This document shows positions 49,373 through 58,162 of a stretch of 64,000 nucleotides of DNA, one piece after another; the first letter of the stretch is position 1, and each line of letters opens with the position of its first letter. The notes under the pieces are model-generated. The model saw only the letters and a list, made by a program, of their open reading frames with translations. It had not been told where the DNA came from and ran no database searches. The stretch lies in assembly GCA_963725125.1 (NCBI GenBank), contig CAVRXW010000035.1, forward strand, positions 3,567 through 67,566, read 5' to 3'. The translations under genes were made by a program, and so were the position numbers. Source of the DNA: an uncultured Actinomycetes bacterium. GTDB lineage: Bacteria; Actinomycetota; Actinomycetes; Streptosporangiales; Streptosporangiaceae.

Positions 49373-50669
49373 AGCCGGCGAGCGCCATCGCGGGCGAGGG
49401 CACCGAGCAGGCCGAGTCCTGGCGGCAGGCCATGGACTCGGGCGAGCTGCTGCTCGTCGCCGCCGCGGGCATGCTCGTGGTGGCCGCGGTGGCGCAGACC
49501 GCGGCCGGGGGCCTGGTCCAGCCGCGCGTCGCGCTGGCGTTCGGTGCGCTGATCGCCTTCGGTGAGGTGCTCCGGCTGTCCCTGGAAGGTGGCCGGGAGT
49601 CGGCGCCGATCGGCAGCGCTGGCGCGCTCGCCTACGCGGTGGTGCTGATGGTCGGCGGCAGCCCGGCCAGGCAACCGGCGCTCCAGGTCATCGCGGTCGT
49701 CGCGGGCGGCATGGTGCTGGGCGCGCTGCCGCACCTGGCGGCGGGCCGGCCGGGCTGGCCGGCATCGCGTCCCGGCTGATCGCCGTCGCCGTGGTGGCGG
49801 CGCTGTTCCGCCCGCTGAGCACGGTCGTGACCATCACCAGGCCGCGTGACTGGGGGGTGGCGCTCGCTGCGATGACGGCCGTGCTGGTGGCCGGGTGGCT
49901 CGCCGAGTGCCTGATCAGGGCCTTGATCAGTGCCGACGCACTGCGCGCCAGGTTCCGTGTGGCGTTGTGGGACGAGATGCGGGTGCAGCTCCCGCTCGGC
50001 GTCGCGGTGGCTGCGACCGCGATCCTGATCGCGTTCGCGGCGGACATGATGGGCCTGGTGGCGCTCGGCCTGTTCATCGCCCCGCTGCTCGTCACGCAGA
50101 TGGCCTTCCGCCGCTATGCCGGAATCCGGGCCACCTACCTGGAGACGGTCCGGGCGCTGGCCCGGGTCACCGAGGTAGGCGGGTACGTCGAGGACGGGCA
50201 TGCCCGCCGGGTCGGCCGCCTGGCCGTGGTGGTCGGCCGGGAGCTGGGCATGAGCGAGCCGGAACTGCTGGAACTGGAGTACGCCGCGCTCATGCACGAC
50301 ATCGGCCAGCTTTCGCTGCGGGACCCGATCCCCGGCGGTGCGACCGTGCTGGCCTCTCCCGAGCAGCAGCGGCGCATCGCGGAGCTGGGGGCAGCCGTCA
50401 TCGACCAGGCCGGCGTCCTGGACGGGGTGGCGCAGATCGTGCGGTACCAGAGCTGGCCCTGGCGGGGGCGGGACCGTCAGCCGCCGGTCGGCAGCCGGAT
50501 CATCCGCGCCGCCAACGCGTTCGACGACCTGGTCGGCGCCTCCGCCGAGACCAGCAGGACCATGGCGGCACTGGAGTGGCTGCGCCTGGACACCGCGACC
50601 GAGTACGACCCCCAGGTGGTCGAGGCGCTGGCCAAGGTCGCCGGACGGCGGCACAGAAGCCACCGGTAG
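49369..50669 (+). pseudogene. membrane-anchored degenerate HD-domain protein, one apparent frameshift (or two ORFs 49369-49779 and 49791-50669)
   Basis: GTGA overlap with the upstream gene. The membrane domain runs on across the stop at 49779 if the frame is changed near 49743-49763. The C-terminal HD domain (MHDIGQL) lacks the GYP motif. Confidence 0.55.
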
Positions 50670-50748
50670 GTGGTGCTGGCCCGGGGGAGCGACCCCCTGG
50701 AACCGCCGGTAGGTGGTGCTGGCCCAGGGGAGCGACCCCCTGGAACCC
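50663..50748. repeat. 43-bp x2 tandem duplication spanning the stop codon of the HD gene
   Basis: CCGGTAGGTGGTGCTGGCCCGGGGGAGCGACCCCCTGGAACCG and then the same unit with 2 mismatches. Each unit holds a GGGGG-agcga-CCCCC hairpin. Confidence 0.9.
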
Positions 50749-50760
50749 CCGAGTGCCTAT

Positions 50761-50789
50761 CGGCCCTCGTGACTGCGTCGCGAGGGCCG
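50761..50789 (+). terminator. 12-bp-stem hairpin upstream of the biotin carboxylase gene
   Basis: CGGCCCTCGTGA ctgcg TCGCGAGGGCCG (one G-U pair), 14 nt before the GTG at 50803. It could be a terminator or a translational element. Confidence 0.4.
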
Positions 50790-50802
50790 GTAGGCTGCCC
50801 GG

Positions 50803-52143
50803 GTGCTGAACTCGGTGCTGGTGGCCAACCGGGGTGAGATCGCCCGCCGGGTCCTCGCCACGGCCCGCAGGCTGGGCATCCGGTCGGTGGCCGTCTACTC
50901 CGAGGCGGACGCGGACCTGCCGTTCGTCGCCGAGGCCGACGAGGCGGTGCCGATCGGCCCGCCGCCGCCCGCGCAGAGCTATCTCGACGCCGGTGCGGTG
51001 CTGGCGGCGGCACGGCGCACCGGCGCGGCGGCCATCCACCCCGGCTACGGGTTCCTGGCCGAAAATCCGGCCTTCGCGTGCCAGGTGCTGGCCGAGGGGC
51101 TGACCTGGGTGGGCCCGCCGCCCCTGGCCATCGAGCAGATGGGCGACAAGATCAACGCCCGGAACCTGATGGCAGCGGCGGGCGTGCCGGTGGCCGCCGG
51201 CACCCCCGAGCCGGTGACCAGCGCCGCGGCCGCGGTGGCGGAGGCGGCCCGGATCGGCTACCCGGTGATGGTGAAGGCCGCCGCCGGGGGCGGCGGGATC
51301 GGGATGAGCGTGGTGACCGGCCCGGCGGCCCTTTCGGCGGCGTTCGAGACCGCGCGCACCCGTGCCGAGCGCTTCTTCGGCGACCCCGCGATCCTGCTGG
51401 AGCGCTACATCGAGCACGCCAGGCATGTCGAGGTGCAGATCCTCGGGCTCGCCGACGGCCGGGTGATCGCGCTCGGGGAACGCGACTGCTCGGTGCAGCG
51501 CCGTCACCAGAAGGTCGCCGAGGAGACCCCGTCACCGGGCGTCGGCGCCGCGCTGCGCGCACGGATGCTGGCCGCCGCCGTGCAGGCCGGCCAGGCCGTC
51601 GGCTACCGGGGTGCGGGGACGGTGGAATGCCTGGTCGACACGGCCGCCGGTGACTTCGTGTTCCTGGAGATGAACACCAGGCTCCAGGTCGAGCACCCGG
51701 TTACCGAACTGGTCACCGGCATCGACCTGGTGGAGCAGCAGTTCCGCATCGCCGCCGGTGAGCCGGTGAGCTTCGACCCGGGCGCGGTGCGGCCGCAGGG
51801 GCATGCGGTGGAACTGCGGGTGTACGCCGAGGACCCGGTGCGCTTCCTGCCCAGCCCGGGGACCATCACCCAGTGGGAGGAACCGGCCGGCCCGGGCATC
51901 CGGGTGGACGCCGGGTATGCGGCGGGCAACACGGTGACCCCGTACTACGACCCGCTGCTGGCCAAGCTGTGCGCGCACGGGAGAGACAGGGACGAGGCGC
52001 TGGGCCGGGCGCGGGCGGCCGTGGCGGCGTTCCGGATCGCCGGGCCGCGCACCAACCTGCCCTTCCACGCCGACCTGCTGGCCAGCGAGGAGTTCCGCAG
52101 CGGCGACTACGACACGTCGATCATCACCCGGCTGCGGCCCTGA
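50803..52143 (+). CDS. biotin carboxylase (stand-alone BC subunit)
   Basis: VLVANRGEIA.R, ATP-grasp MVKAAAGGGGIGM, and EMNTRLQVEHPVTE. It ends after the BC C-terminal domain with no BCCP fused. Confidence 0.9.
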   Translation: MLNSVLVANRGEIARRVLATARRLGIRSVAVYSEADADLPFVAEADEAVPIGPPPPAQSYLDAGAVLAAARRTGAAAIHPGYGFLAENPAFACQVLAEGLTWVGPPPLAIEQMGDKINARNLMAAAGVPVAAGTPEPVTSAAAAVAEAARIGYPVMVKAAAGGGGIGMSVVTGPAALSAAFETARTRAERFFGDPAILLERYIEHARHVEVQILGLADGRVIALGERDCSVQRRHQKVAEETPSPGVGAALRARMLAAAVQAGQAVGYRGAGTVECLVDTAAGDFVFLEMNTRLQVEHPVTELVTGIDLVEQQFRIAAGEPVSFDPGAVRPQGHAVELRVYAEDPVRFLPSPGTITQWEEPAGPGIRVDAGYAAGNTVTPYYDPLLAKLCAHGRDRDEALGRARAAVAAFRIAGPRTNLPFHADLLASEEFRSGDYDTSIITRLRP

Positions 52144-52218
52144 CCGTGCCGCGAGCACAATAGTGGCGGGCAGCGCCTGGCCGGATGGGCGGCCCGGGAC
52201 AACGGAGAGGAGCCGCGG

Positions 52219-52431
52219 GTGGCCGAGGTCCGCGCCGAGATGGTGGCGAATGTGTGGAAGGTGGTGGCCGCGGAGGGGGCCGAGGTCTCCGATGGCGACA
52301 CCCTGGTCATCCTCGAATCCATGAAGATGGAGATCCCGGTGCTCGCCGAGGGCTCCGGCACGCTGACCCGGCTGCACGTCGCCGAGGGCGACATCGTCCA
52401 GGAAGGCGACCTGATCGCCGTCATCGAGTAA
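52219..52431 (+). CDS. 70-aa biotin/lipoyl-attachment (BCCP-like, TB7.3-type) protein
   Basis: Biotinylation motif LESMKME. GGAGAGGAG RBS and a GTG start. Confidence 0.85.
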   Translation: MAEVRAEMVANVWKVVAAEGAEVSDGDTLVILESMKMEIPVLAEGSGTLTRLHVAEGDIVQEGDLIAVIE

Positions 52432-52441
52432 GCCGCGCGGG

Positions 52442-52663
52442 TCACCCGGTGCCGGTCGCCGGGCCGTGCCTGGTGCAGTGGCTGGACCAGGCGTGCGGGG
52501 TCACCTTCACCACCGTGCGGCGGCCGCAGCGGGTGCAGTACCGGGGTGGCTCCAGCTTCCTGGCGGCCCGGCAGCCGTCGTGCCCGCCGCCGCCGGCGGC
52601 AAGCTGTCGCCCGCAGTGGTCGCAGTACCCAGGCCCGCCCGCGGGCTGTTCCGGCTCACTCAT
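52442..52663 (-). CDS. small zinc-ribbon protein, possibly BsaP-like (biotin synthase auxiliary protein)
   Basis: [41 protein letters not shown], which has two CxxC pairs. The family assignment is from memory and not verified. Confidence 0.5.
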   Translation of the reverse strand: MSEPEQPAGGPGYCDHCGRQLAAGGGGHDGCRAARKLEPPRYCTRCGRRTVVKVTPHAWSSHCTRHGPATGTG

Positions 52664-52783
52664 CGGCGCACAGCCTACGCCCGCTCCGCTGTGTCGCACC
52701 GGCCGCGTTCATCCGCGATGAGTCCGGGCCGGAGGTGACGTCATACCCTTGCGAAGGCAAGCCAGGTGGAGAGGGAGAATCGC

Positions 52784-53668
52784 ATGGGCGCAGCCGAGAG
52801 CGTGACCATTGACGCCGGTGACGGCCGGCTGCTCGAGGCCCTGGTATCTGGTCCCCCGGACGGAACCGTCCTGGTGTTCCACGCGGGCACCCCCTGTGGC
52901 CTGGTACCGCTTCCGGCCGGACTCGACCCGGCTCCGATGGGAATCCGCACGGTCCTGTACGCCCGGCCAGGGTACGGCCGTTCCACCCCTCAGGCTGGGC
53001 GCACTGTCGCTGATGCGGCTGGCGACACTGCGGCCGTTCTGGATGCGCTGGGGGCCGGGGAGTTCCTCAACCTGGGCTGGTCAGGGGGTGGTCCCTACGC
53101 TCTGGCCTGCGATGCGCTGCTGGCCGATCGCTGCCTGGGAACCGCGGTTATCGCCGGGACAGCCCCCTATGCGGAGGCTGAGGCCGCAAGCCCGGTGCAG
53201 GAGTGGTACGAGGCCGATGAGGACAACCAGCTCGCCCTCGCGGGCGACGTCGAGGGGTTCCGGCGGGCGATTGATGCGTTTGTCGCCCAGCTCGCGAACG
53301 TCACGGCGGAGAACATCGCCGCGGAAGCGAACAGCGATGCGGACCGCCGGTTCTTCGCCCAGGGATACGCGGAGTGGATCGCCTCGTTCCTCAGGGCAGG
53401 CGGCGTGTCCGGAGGGCACGGAGCAGCGGACGATTGCCTGGCAGCCCTTCGCGACTGGGGTTTCCCCGCGGCCAGCGTCCGCCACGTCACCATCTGGCAG
53501 GGCACAGAAGACCAGCACGTACCCCCGTTTCACGCGGAGTGGCTCAGCGGCCACCTCGCTGACGCCGAGCTGCGGACCCTTGAGGGCGAGGGCCACAACT
53601 CCATCACCGGCCATCTGCCCGAGATCATCAGCACCCTGATCGCCACCGGCGAGTCAGCACGGCACTGA
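52784..53668 (+). CDS. alpha/beta hydrolase
   Basis: Nucleophile elbow-like GWSGGG. GGAGAGGGAG RBS. Confidence 0.75.
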   Translation: MGAAESVTIDAGDGRLLEALVSGPPDGTVLVFHAGTPCGLVPLPAGLDPAPMGIRTVLYARPGYGRSTPQAGRTVADAAGDTAAVLDALGAGEFLNLGWSGGGPYALACDALLADRCLGTAVIAGTAPYAEAEAASPVQEWYEADEDNQLALAGDVEGFRRAIDAFVAQLANVTAENIAAEANSDADRRFFAQGYAEWIASFLRAGGVSGGHGAADDCLAALRDWGFPAASVRHVTIWQGTEDQHVPPFHAEWLSGHLADAELRTLEGEGHNSITGHLPEIISTLIATGESARH

Positions 53669-53757
53669 TCTACCCGACGCCGGCGAGACCGGCGTCCCCT
53701 GGCAACGACGGCAAACCGGGGCAGCAACGGCGCGGCGCAGCACCTTAGGGTGATCCC

Positions 53758-54189
53758 ATGGGACTGGCGGTGGGGCTGCGCGCGACCGTGCGCCACGTGG
53801 TGACCGAGGCGGATACCGCCATCCAGGCCGGCAGCGGAGACGTTCCCGTGCTCGGCACCCCCAGGCTGCTGGCGCTGGCCGAGGCGGCCTGCGTGGCCGC
53901 CCTCGAACCGCACCTCGAACCCGGGATGACGTCCGTGGGGACGGCCGTGGCGCTGGAGCACCGGCGGGCCAGCCCGGTCGGGGCCGAGATCGAGGTCGAG
54001 GCGGAACTGACCGAGCTGGCCGGCCGCAGGCTGGTGTTCGCCTTCATCGCGCGCCACCTGTCGCCCCCTGCGGCGGCCACCCAGAACCCTGACCAGGACG
54101 AGGAACTGGTGGCGGGCGCGGGCTCCGTGCAGCGGCTCGTGGTGGACCGGGACAAGTTTCTCGGCCGCGCCGCCCTCCGGCCCGGCTGA
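53758..54189 (+). CDS. hotdog-fold thioesterase-like protein
   Basis: VTEADTA...VLGTPRLLALAEAA...GTAVALEHRRASPVGAEIEVEAEL, a pattern like the FlK/thioesterase family. Confidence 0.6.
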   Translation: MGLAVGLRATVRHVVTEADTAIQAGSGDVPVLGTPRLLALAEAACVAALEPHLEPGMTSVGTAVALEHRRASPVGAEIEVEAELTELAGRRLVFAFIARHLSPPAAATQNPDQDEELVAGAGSVQRLVVDRDKFLGRAALRPG

Positions 54190-54228
54190 CCGGGCCCGGG
54201 CCGCCGGACCTTGGCGGCGCTCCCCGGC

Positions 54229-55923
54229 TCAGACCCCGGTGGTGGAACGCGGATAGGCGACCGCCGGGTCGGTGATCACGTTGACCAGGTAGGGCACGCC
54301 CGCGTCGAAGGCCCGCCGCAGGGCCTGGCCGAGCGCGTCCGGCCGGGTGACGGTCTCCCCGGCGCCGCCGAGCGCCCGGGCCACCTCGTCGTAGCGGCAG
54401 CCGGGCTGCAGGTCGGCGACCACGTCATAGCCGTACAGGGCCTGCATCGGGTACTTCTCCAGCGCCCAGATGCCGTTGTTGCCGCAGATCATCACGACCG
54501 GCAGCCGGTGCCGCACCAGCGTGTCCACGTCCATCAGGGAGAATCCGGCCGCGCCGTCCCCGAGCAGCAGCACGACCTGCGCGGACGGCCGCGCGACCCG
54601 CGCCGCGATGGCGTAGCCCAGGCCGGTGCCGAGGCACCCGTAGGGCCCGGGGTCCAGCCAGCCGCCCGGCCGCTGCGGCTCCAGGTACTTGCCCGCGTAG
54701 GAGACGAAGTCGCCGCCGTCCCCGATCACCACGGCGTCGTCGGCGAGTACCCGGGCCAGTTCGCCGTAGACGCGCATCGGGTGGATGGGGTCGGCGTCGC
54801 TGGCCAGCAGCGCCTGGTCGGCGGCGATCGCGTCGCGGGCGGCGGCCGCGAGGTGGGGGAGCCAGGTGTCCGCCCAGGGCGGGGCCGCGGCACCCGCCTG
54901 GCGCAGCGCCGTGGGGACCGCGGTGGCCAGGGCCGTGAAGAACGCCGTGAGATCCCCGGCGGCGGACGCGGCAAGGGCGCGATGGGTGGCCAGGTGGCCC
55001 GGGCTGTCGGCCACGTGCACCACCTGGGCGGGGCCGTTGCCGCCCCGCCCGCCGAACTCCCCGTAGCCGAGCCTGAAGTCCAGCGGCGTGCCCACGACCA
55101 GCACCAGGTCCGCCGCGCCGAACGCCGCCGACCGGGCCCTGGTGACGAGCAGTTCGTGGCCCGCGGGCAGGATGCCGCGTCCCTGGCCGTTGGCGACCAC
55201 GGGCAGGCGCAGGTCGCAGGCGGCCTCCCGCGCTGCCGCCTCGGCCCCGGTCAGCCACACGTCAGAGCCGAGCACCAGGACCGGCCGGCTGGCCCGGGCG
55301 AGCAGGCCGGCGATCGCCTCGACGTCGCCCGGGTCCGGGCCGCCCGCGGCGGCCGGTGCCGTGCCGCCGGGCGCCGCGGCCGGCAACTCGGGCCCGCCGT
55401 CGCCGAACAGTGCCTCCATGGCCACGTCGAGGAACACCGGCCCGCGGTGCGGGGCGGTGGCCAGCCGGAACGCCTCGTCCACCGCGGCGCCGACCGCGCC
55501 CGCCTGGTGCTCGGTCCAGGCCCGCTTGGTGACCGGGGCCAGCAGCGGCGGGTGGTCGATCTCCTGCAGGCCCCCCGAGCCCCACCGGTAGTCCGGCGCC
55601 CGGCCGCCGAGCACCACCACGGGCGAGCCGTTGAACCAGGCCGTGGTGATGCCGCTCACCGCGTTCGTGACGCCGGGGCCGGCGGTGACCACGGCGAGCC
55701 CCGGCGCCCTGGTGAGCCGTGCGGTCGCCTCGGCGGCGAACACCGCCGTCTGCTCGTGCCGCACGTCCACCAGGCGCATCGGCGGATCCGCCTTCACCGC
55801 GCCGTCGTAGAGCGGGAACACATGCCCGCCCGAGAGGGTGAACATCGTGCTCACGCCGTGCAGCCGCGCGGCAGCCACCGCGTGCGCTCCGCCGTGCCGT
55901 GCCGGTTCCTGCTGCTCCGCCAT
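54229..55923 (-). CDS. thiamine-diphosphate enzyme of the acetolactate-synthase family
   Basis: N-terminal Pyr domain (HEQTAVFAAEA, TAGPGVTNA) and the TPP motif GDGAAGFS...ICGNNG. Confidence 0.9.
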   Translation of the reverse strand: MAEQQEPARHGGAHAVAAARLHGVSTMFTLSGGHVFPLYDGAVKADPPMRLVDVRHEQTAVFAAEATARLTRAPGLAVVTAGPGVTNAVSGITTAWFNGSPVVVLGGRAPDYRWGSGGLQEIDHPPLLAPVTKRAWTEHQAGAVGAAVDEAFRLATAPHRGPVFLDVAMEALFGDGGPELPAAAPGGTAPAAAGGPDPGDVEAIAGLLARASRPVLVLGSDVWLTGAEAAAREAACDLRLPVVANGQGRGILPAGHELLVTRARSAAFGAADLVLVVGTPLDFRLGYGEFGGRGGNGPAQVVHVADSPGHLATHRALAASAAGDLTAFFTALATAVPTALRQAGAAAPPWADTWLPHLAAAARDAIAADQALLASDADPIHPMRVYGELARVLADDAVVIGDGGDFVSYAGKYLEPQRPGGWLDPGPYGCLGTGLGYAIAARVARPSAQVVLLLGDGAAGFSLMDVDTLVRHRLPVVMICGNNGIWALEKYPMQALYGYDVVADLQPGCRYDEVARALGGAGETVTRPDALGQALRRAFDAGVPYLVNVITDPAVAYPRSTTGV

Positions 55924-55965
55924 GCCGGCACGTTACCAGTCGGTAGGCAGGCCCGCGCCGGCCGG

Positions 55966-57615
55966 TCAGCCCGTTCCCGCGGCCGCCGTGGTGACCGGCA
56001 CCGGCTCCACCGCCACGCCGTCGTCACCGGCCAGGTAGTGAGCGGGCTGGGTCTCGTCGGCACCGGCGGGCAGCCGCGCCAGCCGGAACACCGCGGTCGC
56101 CGCGACCGCCACCACCAGGTTCAGCACCAGCGCGGTGACCGCGATGTACACCGTGTGGTTCAGGCCGGGGACGCTGGCGGTGCTCGCGCCGAAATGGGAT
56201 CCGGCGACGCCCGGCGCGGGCGTGTTGTAGGCGACGATCGTGCCGTAGGCCATCGCCACCGCCCAGCCCAGGATCAGCGCCCACCGGTGGAACCAGCGGG
56301 TGTACAGGCCGATCACGATCGCCGGGAAGGTCTGCAGGATCCAGATGCCGCCGAGAAGCTGGAGGTTGATCGAGAAGGTCTTGCTCAGCTCCAGCACGAA
56401 CAGCAGGGCGCCGACCTTGACCAGCAGCGACACGAACTGGGCCACCCTGGTCTCCTGCGCCGGGCTGGCGCCGCGGGCGAAGAACTCCCGGTAGATGTTG
56501 CGGGTGAACAGGTTCGCGGCCGCGATCGACATGATCGCCGCCGGCACCAGGGCACCGATCGCGATGGCCGCGTAGCCGACCCCCGCGAACCAGGGCGGGA
56601 ACATCTTCTGGAACAGGAAGGGCACCGAGAGCTGGGCGTTGGCGCCGTTGGCCTTGACGGCCTGCGGCACGCCGGGGGCGGCCAGCGCCATGTAGCCCAG
56701 CAGCGCCACCAGCCCGAGCACGAGCGAGTACGCGGGCAGGATCGCCATGTTGCGGCGGATCACGCTGCGCTTGCTGGACGCGAGCACCCCGGTCACCGCG
56801 TGCGGGTACATGAACAGCGCCAGTGCCGAGCCCAGGGCCAGCGTGGCGTAGGCCCACTCGCCCGCGGGCGCGACCGTGAGCGACCCGAACGGCTTGCCGG
56901 TCTTCGGGTTGGTCTTGGCCAGGTGCGTGCCCGCGGTCGAGAAGATGTGCCCCCAGCCGCCCAGCCTGGACGGGATGTAGAGCACCGCGACGATGATCAT
57001 CAGGTAGACGAGCGCGTCCTTGATGAACGCGATCAGCGCGGGGGCCCGCAGCCCCGACAGGTAGGTGAACGCGGCGAGCAGCAGGAACGCGATCAGCAGC
57101 GGCAGGTCCTTGACGAAGGAGTTCGAGGCGCTGGCCCCGACCCCCAGCACCGTGAGCACCGACTGGATGCCGACCAGCTGGAGGGCGATGTAGGGCATCG
57201 TGGCGAGGATGCCGGTGACCGCCACCGCGAGGGCCAGGCCGCGCGACCCGTAGCGCCCGCGGACGAAGTCGGCCGGGGTGACGTAGTTGTGCACCCGGGC
57301 GACCGACCACAGCCGGGGGGCGAACACGAACACGATCGGGAACACGATGACGGTGTAGGGGACGGCGAAGAAGCCGGCCGCGCCGGCGCCGAACACCACG
57401 GCGGGCACGGCGATGAACGTGTAGGCCGTGTACAGGTCGCCGCCGAGCAGGAACCAGGTGACCAGGGTGCCGAAGCCCCGGCCGCCCAGGCCCCACTCGT
57501 TCAGGTGCAGCAGGTCCTCGGCGCGCCGCCACCGGGCGGCGGCGAACCCGACGCCGGTGACGAGCACGAACAGGGCCACGAAGACGGTGAAGGACACGGA
57601 GTTGACGCCGCTCAT
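55966..57615 (-). CDS. sodium:solute symporter family transporter (MctP-like)
   Basis: 549 aa with ~13 TM and an SSF pattern. Confidence 0.85.
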   Translation of the reverse strand: MSGVNSVSFTVFVALFVLVTGVGFAAARWRRAEDLLHLNEWGLGGRGFGTLVTWFLLGGDLYTAYTFIAVPAVVFGAGAAGFFAVPYTVIVFPIVFVFAPRLWSVARVHNYVTPADFVRGRYGSRGLALAVAVTGILATMPYIALQLVGIQSVLTVLGVGASASNSFVKDLPLLIAFLLLAAFTYLSGLRAPALIAFIKDALVYLMIIVAVLYIPSRLGGWGHIFSTAGTHLAKTNPKTGKPFGSLTVAPAGEWAYATLALGSALALFMYPHAVTGVLASSKRSVIRRNMAILPAYSLVLGLVALLGYMALAAPGVPQAVKANGANAQLSVPFLFQKMFPPWFAGVGYAAIAIGALVPAAIMSIAAANLFTRNIYREFFARGASPAQETRVAQFVSLLVKVGALLFVLELSKTFSINLQLLGGIWILQTFPAIVIGLYTRWFHRWALILGWAVAMAYGTIVAYNTPAPGVAGSHFGASTASVPGLNHTVYIAVTALVLNLVVAVAATAVFRLARLPAGADETQPAHYLAGDDGVAVEPVPVTTAAAGTG

Positions 57616-57616
57616 G

Positions 57617-57985
57617 TCAGCTCCCCCTCCGCTGTGGCGGGACCCGCTTGGGCAGCGGCGGAGGATCTCCGGAAGCGGCCTGCGCGCCGCCCGGCCCGGT
57701 GCCCGGTTCCGGCGCGGCTGCCGGTGTTCGCGTGCCGCCCCGCCCGAGCCTGCTCAGCAGGTAGGCGCACCAGGAGATCAGGGCGACGACCGGCACCCAG
57801 AGGAGCTGGTACCAGTAGAAGAACGGCCAGCCGCCCAGGGCCGGCGTCGTCCGGTTGTAGAACGGGACCCACAGGGTGCCGACGAGCACCGCTGCTAATA
57901 GGACGGCGATCACGGCCCAGGTGCCCCGGTGCTGGCTGCGCCGGGGGCGTGCGTGTGCCGGTTCCGAGCTGAACTGCGCCATCAC
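57617..57985 (-). CDS. DUF3311-like small membrane protein accompanying the SSS transporter
   Basis: Two TM segments with ...PFYNRTTPALGGWPFFYWYQLLW.... The stop is 1 nt from the transporter start. AGGAGG RBS. Confidence 0.7.
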   Translation of the reverse strand: MMAQFSSEPAHARPRRSQHRGTWAVIAVLLAAVLVGTLWVPFYNRTTPALGGWPFFYWYQLLWVPVVALISWCAYLLSRLGRGGTRTPAAAPEPGTGPGGAQAASGDPPPLPKRVPPQRRGS

Positions 57986-58162
57986 ATCCTCCTGTCGTTC
58001 CAGTGGCCAGGCGGTCGCGGGTGCTGCGCGCAGATCGTGGCGCTAGATGCGATCGGTGATGCGGGGGTGACGTTATCGTCCGCGAAATGTCTACTGTAGG
58101 CAATAGCCAGATAGCGAAGAGTGCCCGAAGCGTCACAGATCGCCGGGCTTGGCCGGCCGCCG

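Noticed and set aside
54211-57972. 1253-aa plus-strand ORF, the longest in the window
   Set aside because: It runs antisense to three well-supported genes (TPP enzyme, SSS transporter, DUF3311). Its translation is Arg/Gly/Pro/His-rich low-complexity sequence with no motifs, the usual shadow ORF of high-GC DNA.
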